A stretch of 64,000 nucleotides of DNA from an uncultured virus (IMG/VR IMGVR_UViG_3300003876_000001) (Duplodnaviria; Heunggongvirae; Uroviricota; Caudoviricetes): positions 1-64,000 of IMG/VR virus record IMGVR_UViG_3300003876_000001, one strand, 5' to 3'. The translations under genes and the position numbers were made by a program. The notes below the pieces were generated by a model. It searched no databases. It was not told the DNA's origin and saw nothing but the letters and a program-made list of their open reading frames with translations. Shown piece by piece: positions 1 through 10,200 of this stretch (its first letter is position 1; every line of letters begins with the position of its first letter).

Positions 1-15
1 AAAAAAAAATGAGGA

Positions 16-924
16 TTAAAAATCACCCTCTTGAACTTGGTAGCATTTTACTCCTAAATTTCTCCACATTTTACAAACAGAATTACGGTCATCATAAACT
101 GCTAATACATTATAATTTGGTTTAATGAAATTATGATAAATTTCTGTTTTATTTATAATATCTTTTCTGAAATCATTTTTAGGTTTAGTGAATAACATAT
201 CAAAAGGTATTTTATTATGTATTAACCAATCTTCTGTCATTTTTCGTGAAACACCATCTCTACCCGTAACAAAGATAATCTTATAACCATAGTCCTTATA
301 TGATTTAATTGTTTCAAGAACAATTTCATCTACAATATCAAGATTAACTTTATCCCAATCAAATATCCCTCTTTTACCTTGAGTATGTGCTATAGTACTA
401 TCAATGTCAAAAATCACTGCATCTGGTAAAGTACCATCACGCTCCCACTTGATGTTGGTAGCAATATGTGGTTTTCTTTTTCTTGTTGAGAAATCGAAAT
501 TAGAAGAGAATAGATTTAAGTAGTTTTTGTACATTTTTTTGATTACTTTTGCACCTACTTTAGCATCTCTATTTGAGTCTCTTTCGATGGCGACTTTTTC
601 TGTTATATCGAATATTTTAAACTCAACATCTGCAATTTTTTCACAAAATGCAACCATTTCATTCAAGTACTTTAAGTTAACATTAGTTTGGTCAACAAGT
701 ACGTTATACTTAGACTTTGTAGCCAAAACAATTGCATTATTAACTAATTCAGTTACTAACTTTTCTCCCTTAAAATCCATTATTTGAGAACCATCAAGCA
801 TTAAACGATACATATCTCTATTAATTCTAACATAATTAGAATTATTTAATATAAATTTATTTGCCCATGTAGATTTTCCACTAGCAGGGATTCCACAGAG
901 AAGAATTATTTTTTTATTTTTCAT
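16..924 (-). CDS. pseT: Polynucleotide 5'-kinase/3'-phosphatase (T4 PseT-like)
   Basis: N-terminal P-loop GIPASGKST and RINRD; C-terminal HAD motifs FDIDST, VTGR, YDDR. Confidence 0.92.
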   Translation of the reverse strand: MKNKKIILLCGIPASGKSTWANKFILNNSNYVRINRDMYRLMLDGSQIMDFKGEKLVTELVNNAIVLATKSKYNVLVDQTNVNLKYLNEMVAFCEKIADVEFKIFDITEKVAIERDSNRDAKVGAKVIKKMYKNYLNLFSSNFDFSTRKRKPHIATNIKWERDGTLPDAVIFDIDSTIAHTQGKRGIFDWDKVNLDIVDEIVLETIKSYKDYGYKIIFVTGRDGVSRKMTEDWLIHNKIPFDMLFTKPKNDFRKDIINKTEIYHNFIKPNYNVLAVYDDRNSVCKMWRNLGVKCYQVQEGDF

Positions 925-1378
925 AATATTTTTTTTTTAAATTTTCATATTTTTGAACTTTCAAATATTCTTCTATTTTTAGATAATGTGAAATCATGAA
1001 ATCAAAATCTTCTTCGTTTAAAGAATTAATATCTTTTGATAATAAATCAACTAAAAGTCTTTTCTCTGAACTTATTTCTACAAACTCTTTTTCAATTAAT
1101 AAGGCTTCTAAATATCCATTTACAGCAACTTTAAACATTTTAATTGCATTTTCAAAAGAAACTTTACTTTTAAAAAAATTCGGAATATTCCAAGAATTTG
1201 CATTTGGGGTTAATAAATCTAAAAGAACATAAATTTCATAGACATGTTCTAATTTTTTAATATGATTTCCATTAATATATACTGTTTTGTATTCAATTGA
1301 TTTTATAATTAATTCACCATCATATTTATTTTTATAATAATCAATTAATTCAATTGTTAGTTCTTCGTAATTTTTCAT
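914..1378 (-). CDS. Hypothetical protein
   Basis: 154-aa ORF overlapping the pseT start. Confidence 0.6.
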   Translation of the reverse strand: MKNYEELTIELIDYYKNKYDGELIIKSIEYKTVYINGNHIKKLEHVYEIYVLLDLLTPNANSWNIPNFFKSKVSFENAIKMFKVAVNGYLEALLIEKEFVEISSEKRLLVDLLSKDINSLNEEDFDFMISHYLKIEEYLKVQKYENLKKKYYEK

Positions 1379-1446
1379 GTTTTTATGTTTTAAAGTATTG
1401 TTAGTTCTTCGTAATTTTTCATGTTTTTATGTTTTAAAGTATTGTT
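1353..1446. repeat. 44-bp tandem duplication (~2.1 copies) covering a gene start
   Basis: attgttagttcttcgtaatttttcatgtttttatgttttaaagt at 1353 and 1397. Confidence 0.85.
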
Positions 1447-1891
1447 TGAAATATTCCAATACTGATAACCAATCAGGATATACTTCATTCCCAAAAACAA
1501 TGTGAGTTCCATTAAATTCGTTTTGTTTTGCTCTACCTTCTACCATATCATCAATAAGATAATCACCAATTAAAAGTGATTTATCTGGTGATAATATTAA
1601 TCGTTTAGCAGCATCAAAACCTAAATTTTTCTCTACCCATTCTCTTTTTTCAGTATAGCACATTGGATTTTGTACTGATGGTGCTGTTAATATCCAAACA
1701 TCAAAGTTTTTAGATAATACAGTAAATCCCATCAATGCACAATTAGTTGGTTCTAAATCTCTAAAGAAACCATATTGTGATTGTGGATAAACAATTTCAG
1801 GTTTATTCTTTATTGCTTCGTCATGTGCTTTTTGATAATCACATAAAACATTATCCATGTCTATGTAAATGCGTATGTGTTTATTATTCAT
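1427..1891 (-). CDS. 5'(3')-deoxyribonucleotidase (NT5C family HAD)
   Basis: YIDMDNVL, ILTAP, EKREWV, GDYLIDD motifs. Confidence 0.85.
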   Translation of the reverse strand: MNNKHIRIYIDMDNVLCDYQKAHDEAIKNKPEIVYPQSQYGFFRDLEPTNCALMGFTVLSKNFDVWILTAPSVQNPMCYTEKREWVEKNLGFDAAKRLILSPDKSLLIGDYLIDDMVEGRAKQNEFNGTHIVFGNEVYPDWLSVLEYFKQYFKT

Positions 1892-1922
1892 CTAAACATT
1901 TTTTATAAATTTCATTATTATT

Positions 1923-2123
1923 TTAATTATCACTTAAATTTTCACTTAAATTTATTGCAACATTTGCAAAAGCAAAAAACATAAATAATACTCTTCCTAA
2001 TGTCGATGTTATTATCCACCAATGCAATGGGTTTGCATCCCAAGCAATAAATGCACCAACAATATAGAGTAGTGCAAAATTCACTACAATTCCTAATATT
2101 CTAAATATCCAATTTCTATCCAT
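1923..2123 (-). CDS. Small membrane protein
   Basis: Two hydrophobic segments. Confidence 0.55.
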   Translation of the reverse strand: MDRNWIFRILGIVVNFALLYIVGAFIAWDANPLHWWIITSTLGRVLFMFFAFANVAINLSENLSDN

Positions 2124-2755
2124 TATTTTAATTTATTTGGTTTCCAAGTTTTTTTCCAATGTTCATCTGTTGATACATGTGCAGGTCTAACTGCTTTGGC
2201 AGTATGTGTTTGAAATTCATCATAACGAAATTTACAAGCAACTCTAACAACAATACCTTCTTGTTTATTAAAATCTAAATTTTCATAAATCTCTTTTATT
2301 TTAACATAATCGAAAACACCATCATAAAGAACAGGAACGTGTTCAATATCTAATATATCACAATGGTGTTCAAATTCATCCCAAGAGATACACATATTTA
2401 AATTATCCCACATGCTAAAAGCATAGAAGAATGTGTTTAATTCTTCATATTTTATTGAATGTTCAGCATACATACTTTCACCACATACCCTCCAATATTT
2501 AGGAATTTTATACTGAAAATTGGGTATATACCCTTTAAGCCAATTTCTAGATTCATGACCATCATCAATTACCGATCTTGGATGGTAATAGTCATTGTAA
2601 ATTGTCGAATTTTCTCCATCAAGTTTCTCGGTAACGATTACTCGTTTACCAATGAAACCTTCCAATGTCGTTAATCTTCTATCATCATTTTGTAATGATT
2701 CAGAGAAATCAAAATGCATTGTCTTTGGATATTTTGTTGCTTCTAAATAATTCAT
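2123..2755 (-). CDS. ATP-dependent RNA ligase domain protein
   Basis: KYPKT, adenylation motif TEKLDGEN, CGE, EGIVVR. Confidence 0.85.
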   Translation of the reverse strand: MNYLEATKYPKTMHFDFSESLQNDDRRLTTLEGFIGKRVIVTEKLDGENSTIYNDYYHPRSVIDDGHESRNWLKGYIPNFQYKIPKYWRVCGESMYAEHSIKYEELNTFFYAFSMWDNLNMCISWDEFEHHCDILDIEHVPVLYDGVFDYVKIKEIYENLDFNKQEGIVVRVACKFRYDEFQTHTAKAVRPAHVSTDEHWKKTWKPNKLK

Positions 2756-2760
2756 ATTAG

Positions 2761-2791
2761 TATATACGTTTAGGATGTCCTAAAGGTTACC
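2761..2791 (-). promoter_or_regulatory. Recurrent phage promoter (GTAAC-N17-CGTA)
   Basis: Same bipartite motif at about ten intergenic sites. Confidence 0.6.
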
Positions 2792-3023
2792 ATTTTATTT
2801 TTGTTGTAGAACCATCTCGTTGATCGTGATGGGTTTTTCCAACAATATATCCTTGTGATTCTAATTTTTCTCGAACAACATCATTAAATGATTCATACCA
2901 ATCCATATTATAATTACCTTTTTTTGCTTCAAAAATTATTTTTTCTATAATTTTAGCATATTGACTATTTGTATCATTTATATTTTTTTTATATGCTAAT
3001 GCTCTTGCTTCTGTTGCTTTCAT
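2787..3023 (-). CDS. Hypothetical protein
   Basis: 78-aa ORF in operon context. Confidence 0.55.
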   Translation of the reverse strand: MKATEARALAYKKNINDTNSQYAKIIEKIIFEAKKGNYNMDWYESFNDVVREKLESQGYIVGKTHHDQRDGSTTKIKW

Positions 3024-3059
3024 AATTTTATCTAATTTGAGATACTACACATTCTTGAA

Positions 3060-3398
3060 TTACATATTTATCAAACCATTTTTGGTTAACATTATTGATG
3101 CATCGAATGCTTCTTTTTCACTTGATCCAATTAATTCATAAAGATCATTAGGATGAAAACCCTTTTCACAATGTTCACCATTTGAAGAATGAAATTCTTC
3201 TGCTTTAATATGACATTCTTCTTGACACAAAGATATACCATTTTCTTTAATATATCCACCATTTGGCATTTTATTTCTATCTGTAATGTGATGTGCATCT
3301 AAATCAACGTTTTCTGCACCACATTTACGACACTTATGTTTATCACGTGCAAACACGGAATCTCTAAAATTTTGTCGTATTTTCTTTTTTTTGTTCAT
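3060..3398 (-). CDS. HNH endonuclease
   Basis: RDKHKCRKCG, DAHHI, NGISLC..CH. Confidence 0.8.
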   Translation of the reverse strand: MNKKKKIRQNFRDSVFARDKHKCRKCGAENVDLDAHHITDRNKMPNGGYIKENGISLCQEECHIKAEEFHSSNGEHCEKGFHPNDLYELIGSSEKEAFDASIMLTKNGLINM

Positions 3399-3451
3399 AC
3401 CAAGGGTAATTTCTATTTTCTAAGGGTAAAACCTATTTATTTAAATAAAAA

Positions 3452-3582
3452 AAGGGTAAGTCACTTTTAGTTGTTCGGACTGATTTGTATAATTTGAATG
3501 ACTATTGCTTCATTATACTCCTTACCTATTGACCTCTTCTGCACTAATACCGTCACATTCTCAACTAGCTTTGTAATACCCT
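3452..3582 (-). ncRNA. Candidate structured ncRNA, family unknown
   Basis: Nested helices GGGTA/TACCC, TTAC/GTGA, TAGTTG/CAACTA, GTATAA/TTATAC, then a T-tract. Confidence 0.45.
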
Positions 3583-3585
3583 CTT

Positions 3586-3798
3586 TTATTTTATTATAAA
3601 ATCAGCAACTATTTTCACTGATATCACTTCAATATCATTCACATCTTTTTTAAGTGACCCATCATCATCTAAAACAGATTTTGTTTCATTTTCAAATTTT
3701 AAAAATTTTAACAATTTATTAGCTGCTTCATCATATCCATTAGCTTCAACATAATGTCCCTTATAACCACCATCTATAATTACATCAAATAATTTCAT
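3586..3798 (-). CDS. Hypothetical protein
   Basis: 70-aa ORF coupled to the upstream gene. Confidence 0.55.
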   Translation of the reverse strand: MKLFDVIIDGGYKGHYVEANGYDEAANKLLKFLKFENETKSVLDDDGSLKKDVNDIEVISVKIVADFIIK

Positions 3799-4187
3799 TA
3801 TTTTAATAATTCTCTAACAATAGTAGATGCCATTTTACCATCATATTGTCCACCATATACTACTTTTAATTCACCCATAACTCTCCCCATATCTTTCATG
3901 GAAGGTGAATTTAAATTCATAATGTGATTCATTAAAACTCTTTTAAGTTCAAATTCGTCCATTTGTTGTGGAAGATATGCTTCAAGAATAGTTACTTCAA
4001 TTTCATTTCCTTGATCTTTAGCATTTTCAACCATTTTTTTCATAATAGCAATTGCTCTTTCATCAGATACTGTTTTACCTTCTCTGTTAAATTCACCAAT
4101 AACAACTCGCAATAAATTTTTTGCGTTTGTTTGTCCATTTTTCATGGCTATTTTAAGATCAGTCATTATTGTGTTTTGTACCGTCAT
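3798..4187 (-). CDS. GatB/YqeY domain protein
   Basis: DLKIAMK, EAYLPQQM, MKDMGRVMG, DGKMAS..V pattern. Confidence 0.9.
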   Translation of the reverse strand: MTVQNTIMTDLKIAMKNGQTNAKNLLRVVIGEFNREGKTVSDERAIAIMKKMVENAKDQGNEIEVTILEAYLPQQMDEFELKRVLMNHIMNLNSPSMKDMGRVMGELKVVYGGQYDGKMASTIVRELLK

Positions 4188-4777
4188 TCTTTTATATATT
4201 TATTAATTATTTCTTCACTTACATTTTTATAATCTGGATATGTTTTATGTAGTGTAGGATATCTATATTGTGTTCTACCTAACAATATCTTTTTCAATTT
4301 TGGTTGTAATATTGTTCTTGCTAACCCTTTAACTTTATCTGTTATACATATCCCATTAAGATGATCAATTTCGTGTTGAATTATTCTAGCAATATAACCT
4401 TCAAATTCTTCTGTCTTATTAATTAATACACCATCATCTAAAACTTGATATGATAATGTAATTGCTTTAGGTCTTTCAATATCAATACCAACATTTGGTA
4501 TTGATAAGCATCCTTCTTCTGCTGATTCTAATTCACCACTTTTAGTTAAAATTACTGAATTAATGAATTCAGATTGAAAATCATTATGTTTTGCAACAAA
4601 TACTCTTAAAGGCACACCTAATTGAGTAGCAGCTAAACCAACACCAGAACCTGATGTATTTAATGTATCAAATAAATCTTTAACTAAATCAACAATATTA
4701 TCATCTTGTTCAAGATCAACATCATACGCCTCTTCTTTTAAACATACATCACCATATAATCTTATTGGTACTATCAT
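4184..4777 (-). CDS. def: Peptide deformylase
   Basis: GVGLAATQ, EGCLS, QHEIDHL motifs. Confidence 0.95.
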   Translation of the reverse strand: MIVPIRLYGDVCLKEEAYDVDLEQDDNIVDLVKDLFDTLNTSGSGVGLAATQLGVPLRVFVAKHNDFQSEFINSVILTKSGELESAEEGCLSIPNVGIDIERPKAITLSYQVLDDGVLINKTEEFEGYIARIIQHEIDHLNGICITDKVKGLARTILQPKLKKILLGRTQYRYPTLHKTYPDYKNVSEEIINKYIKE

Positions 4778-5168
4778 GAATACTTCATATAGTTAATTAA
4801 AAAATCAATAAAATCTTTTGATTGTCTTAAACCTTCAGAAGTATAATCTTTAAAGATTTTAACTGCCATCAATTTTTCACCATTGCGAATATATGTTTTA
4901 ATTTCTTCCAATTCAATTATAGTGATAGGTTTAATATTAATTCCTGTTTTTCTCTTATATAAATCAAAAATATGTAATACAGGTTTCCTATCACTATTAT
5001 TAATGGTATTGAATGCATCTTGAAATGCACCACCTAAATCACCTAATTGTTCGGTGTTTAGTTTTTTTGTTTTGTTTTGTTTAAATCAACATTAAATGTT
5101 AATTTTCCTGTTGCATCAAATCCTATTGATACAAATGGTTTCTTTATTTTATTATTTACACTTTTCAT
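4774..5168 (-). pseudogene. Frameshifted ORF with ribosomal bL12 C-terminal-like domain
   Basis: C-terminus GEKLMAVKIFKDYTSEGLRQSKDFID; frame broken in an A-run near 5062-5068 (395 nt total). Confidence 0.55.
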
Positions 5169-5288
5169 AATTTTTATTTAGTAATATTCTTCTTCGTCAT
5201 CATCAATATACTCTAATCCACAAATAGGTCATTTATTGCCAAACAATTCAAATGGTGCAATATATCCACAAATTGAGCATTTATCTTA

Positions 5289-5957
5289 TTACAATTCAAA
5301 GTTTAATCCTGTTTTTTTGAGTTCATCGTACTTTTCTTTGTTGAACTCATATAGTTTTGCTGGTTTACCAACACCACCCACCGATTTGAAAGTTGTTTCT
5401 GTAAGTAATCCATAGCTTAATATTTTCTTATTAAAATTACGTCTATCTAATTCTTTACCTAATATTGCATTATATAATGCTAATAGTTCACTCATAGTAA
5501 AATATTTTGGTAATAATTCAAAACCAATAGGTTCGTATTGTAATTTATTTCTCAATCTCTCTAATGCATATTCAAAAATTCCCATATGGTCAAAGGCTAA
5601 TGGAATATATTTTATTCCATATGTTGGAAACCATTTAACTTCTTTTGCATGAATATTAGTAATTAAACTATGTTTATTGGGATTAATTAATCCATAATGT
5701 GCTATTGAGATTATTCTCTCTCTAGGATCACGATCAACATCAGTAAATGTACATAGTTGTTCTAAATAATCCAACTCAACATTGGTTTCTTCCTTTAATT
5801 GTCTAAGTACCCCATCCTCTGCTGTTTCATTATCTAAAAGAAATCCCCCTGCTAAAGCAAACATATCTAAGTATGGTTCAAATGCTCTTTTAATTAAAAG
5901 AACTTTTAATTCATCTTCATAATACGAGAATACGACTGCATCTACTGTAACTTTCAT
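5289..5957 (-). CDS. nrtR: NrtR-family NUDIX/wHTH regulator
   Basis: VTVDAVVF, degenerate NUDIX box, RDPRERIIS, LAFDH, FTMSEL, LDRRNF. Confidence 0.88.
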   Translation of the reverse strand: MKVTVDAVVFSYYEDELKVLLIKRAFEPYLDMFALAGGFLLDNETAEDGVLRQLKEETNVELDYLEQLCTFTDVDRDPRERIISIAHYGLINPNKHSLITNIHAKEVKWFPTYGIKYIPLAFDHMGIFEYALERLRNKLQYEPIGFELLPKYFTMSELLALYNAILGKELDRRNFNKKILSYGLLTETTFKSVGGVGKPAKLYEFNKEKYDELKKTGLNFEL

Positions 5958-6224
5958 TTTTCTTTATTAAATTCTTTAATAAAATTTATAATTTCATCAA
6001 CACTTTTTTTAGTATCAACTTTATCTTCTAAATATCGAATATCACTAATATAGTCTTGAATTAATAAATCATCTTTGAAATAAAATTCACAAAAAATTAT
6101 AAACCCTTCTCTTAATGTTTCAAGACTATTTTCATCTCTTGTTTTTTCTAAATTATCCATATGTAACTATGTATACGCAAATATATATAATTTTGTTACA
6201 ATATGTTAGGATTTTTTAAAAAAA

Positions 6225-6308
6225 TATAGAGGGTAGGATTCGAACCTACGCAACGACCTACCATTTTACTGGATTCGAAACCTCTTCTCATTACGGCAAC
6301 GCTCTATA
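6225..6308 (-). ncRNA. tRNA-like element (T arm plus acceptor-like stem, no clear anticodon arm)
   Basis: GTAGG-TTCGAAT-CCTAC arm enclosed by ATATAGAG/CTCTATAT. Confidence 0.45.
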
Positions 6309-6653
6309 TTATTGTTCTGTATTACATTTAGGACAAATATAAATTTCTATTAATGTATCATCGTCTTTATAATCTTCTCATGATAGTTCATATGTTGAAT
6401 AACATACTGTTGAATCATCTTCATTGGTAACTAACCAGAACCAATCCATATTACCATCATATTTACAATTATAGCAAATCACTCACAATCAAGTTCTTGA
6501 TTTATTTGATATCCCATTTTTATGGAATTTTCAAGACCAATTATTACACGCTCTCTTGGTAATCCAAGTTCTAATGAATGTTTAATTTGTTCTAATTCAG
6601 TATAGAAATGCGAATTAGGTTCAATATACATGTAATTTACTGATTCTTCTGTT

Positions 6654-7217
6654 TTATCTGTTTTCATATATCTCTTCCATTATCATTAAAAATTTATCAA
6701 CATTATAATTTCCAATCATTTTACTTATATCTTTATGTACCCATATTACATTATCTTTTTTATAACCCAATGCTGGTAATAATAATTGTAATTTAGCTGT
6801 TGTTTTATCTTTATCATATGGATAACCAGATAATTTAATTGGGATTTTAGATAAATTACATTTACTATCTTGTGATACAAAGATATCCCATGCTTCTTCA
6901 ATTCGCAAGTCAAATGGAATATTTTTTCTTTCAGCTCTTTTTTTTATTTGTGACCACATATCACCAGAAATTAATTCATATCCTTTTCTTCTTTTTTTAC
7001 CTGATTCAATATGACCACATGAATTACATTGAGTTGATGAACCATTCATTAGATTATTTAATGGTACAAATTGTTCATGTCCACATTCACATCTACAAAT
7101 CCAATTTGTAATATTACTAATTTTTTGTGTTCTTTCAGAAGTAATTTCCCACCTTCCAAACTTAGTACCAATTTCTAAATTTAATTTATTATTCATGTTT
7201 CTTTTGTTCAAAAACAT
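6654..7217 (-). CDS. Putative phage homing endonuclease (HNH/His-Cys-like)
   Basis: GTKFGRW, WICRCECG, GYKKDNVIWVH; directly downstream of RNR. Confidence 0.65.
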   Translation of the reverse strand: MFLNKRNMNNKLNLEIGTKFGRWEITSERTQKISNITNWICRCECGHEQFVPLNNLMNGSSTQCNSCGHIESGKKRRKGYELISGDMWSQIKKRAERKNIPFDLRIEEAWDIFVSQDSKCNLSKIPIKLSGYPYDKDKTTAKLQLLLPALGYKKDNVIWVHKDISKMIGNYNVDKFLMIMEEIYENR

Positions 7218-7266
7218 AGAGAGAATATAACCAATCCTCTCTACCTAAATATGTGTGTGTTATCAT

Positions 7267-10200
7267 TTATCCACATTTACTATTACCACATGATACACAT
7301 GTAAGGCAACCTTCTTTATATTCTAAATTATCTGACCCACAATTTGGACATGTACCATTTCCCTTTTCACCATCATTGATGTATTTTTTTATTACTCTAG
7401 CTACACCATTCTTCCAAGTATTTAAATGTTCATCATTTAAGTTAAGTGATTGTATTAAATCTAATACATAGATTATTGGCATACCATGACGTAATACTGA
7501 ACTAATCATTTTAGCATAGTTCCAATATTCTTCATTGAATGTATGATTTAATCCTGTATGTACAGCTTTTTCACCATTAGAATCAACATATTCAATATCA
7601 TATCTTTTAATACCATTTTCATCTCTTACTTTAACAACTTCACATTCAATAAGACTTGTAGGTAATTCAGATAAACCATTTTGCATACGACCAGTAAAAA
7701 CTTCATATGGTCTTCCATCCATCATACCAACAACACCAATCCATTTTTCAAGATTATTTTGAAATCTTATAATTTCAGCTTTTAATCTTTTAGGTCTTTT
7801 AGGTGCATGATTATCTTTAAATAACTTATCTTTTTCTTTCTTTTTCTTTTCTGTTTCAGTAACTAAAACACCAGAACGTGAACCATCACGATAAACAGTA
7901 ATTCCTTTACATCCATGTTTCCAACCAGCTTCATATACATTAGCAACTGTTTCTTCAGTTACATCATTAGGGAGATTTACAGTAACTGATATTGAATGAT
8001 CAATATGTTTTTGAACCATTCCTTGCATTTCTACTTTTTTAACCCAATCAACATCATTAGATGTTGCACCGTAATATGGTGAAAGTTTAACTAATTCGTT
8101 AATTTGATCTGAAGTATAGTGTTCAATAATATCTTCAACATCGTAACCATTAACTTCTAACCAAGTAACAAAATTATGATGAAATACTGGATATTCCATC
8201 CAAGTATCACCTAATTCATCGGTAAAATCAACTCTAACGTTTTTATCATTTGGATTTATTTTTCTTCTTCTAGTATAATAAACTAAGAACACAGGTTCAA
8301 TACCTGATGTAGTTTGAGTCATAATAGATACTGTACCCGTAGGTGCTATTGTAAGTAGTGCTAGATTACGTCTACCATACATTACCATCATATCATATAG
8401 ATCAGAGTCTTCGTCTTTTATACGTTGAATAAATGGATTATTTAATTCTCTTTCAGTATCATACATTGGGAAAGCACCTCTATCTCTTGCCATATATACT
8501 GATGAACGATATGCTTCAAGTTTTAATTGTTTATGTACTTCTTCTGAAAATTTATTAGCTTCGTCAGTACCATATGTTAAACCTAATGCAGCTAACATAT
8601 CACCTTCTGCTGTAATACCTAATCCTGTTCTACGACCTCTTTCTGCTTTATCTTTAATACTAACCCAAAGATTTCTTTCGGTTTCTCTAATGTGTAAATC
8701 TTCTGGATCGGAATCTATTTTAGCTAATATTTTATCTATTTTTTCTAATTCAAGATCAATAATATCATCCATTAATTTTTCAGCAATTCTAACATCTATT
8801 TTAAAAGATTCCCAATCAAAAAAAGCATTATCAGTAAATGGATTTACAACGTAACCAAATAAATTAATAGCTAATAATCTACAACTATCATTTGCACATA
8901 AAGGAATTTCACCACAATTATGTGTACTAATCCCATTTGCATCAAATTCATTTTTATCGGGGATTTGACAATCATAAACATTCTCAACACCAACATATTC
9001 AATAGATTTAATAGTATCAACAAATCTTTCTCTATATAACCCCCTATCTAAATTATTTAAAGCATTTTTTAATTTATTTTTTTTACTATTTTCAATAAAA
9101 TTTATTTCCTCTTGGAAGATTAATAGATTATCCTTAGATATTGATAACTCATGTTGTGACTTTGTTTTATACATTTTATACCCACCATTACCATCGGGCA
9201 TTTTTTTATATTGTTCTTCTCTTCTATTTTCATAAACGGTTGAGATAATACCAATTTTAGATAACATTCTTTGTGCCACATATAAATTTTCCAAAATTGA
9301 TGATGCTAGTCTAACGTTAACACCCTTTTCAATATTATTATTTACAGTTCCATCAGCATCAAACCACCCACATAAGAATCCCTTATAAAACTTACTACTT
9401 GCTTTTTCTATTTTATTGTTAATTCTTTTATCATTTAAAACACCATATTCGTATGATAATTTTTTTAAATTAACACTTTTAACTTGTTCGATTTCTAAAT
9501 CATCTTTAGAGTTACCCAAATCCAATCTATATTTTAAATTATTTTTTATACATTCAATAGCATAATTTTTAGTTTCTTTTCTATCTTCACCCCAATATCT
9601 TAAAATTGCGGATTCATTATCGAATGTTCCATCACCTAATAAACTTCCAATTAACCAACCTTCTTCAAAATTTCCTTCTCCATTCCAATTCATCCCAATA
9701 TTGTTGTTAAGATTAATAGTATCACCAATTTGAAAGTTTTTTAATTCAGTCCATTTATATTTCTTATCATTTCTATTTATTTCAAGTACTTGTTTAAATT
9801 CATGATTATCTGTTGACTTTATTTTAAATCCTTTTTTTGTAGTTATTTGAAAAACATCTCTATTTTCACCTGTTATAAAAAAACCTTTATCTGTCGATGA
9901 ATAAAAACCACCATCGACCATTGCGATGAATTTAACACCAATCAATTCTTCAACAGTTTTATTACCTTTATCTGTCATTATGTTCGAATCTAAAGTAAGA
10001 CAAGGGTTTGTTGATATTGTTTTAAAACCTAAATCACTATAACAATCAGGAACAGATTCATTAATTAAAGTATCCCAATATAAAATACCCGGTTCTGCCT
10101 TATCCCATGCATTATGGATAATTTTTTTCCATATTTTAGATGCATTAACTTCTTTAGTAAATGTTGGATTATTAGAATTTATTGGATATTGTTGTGTATA

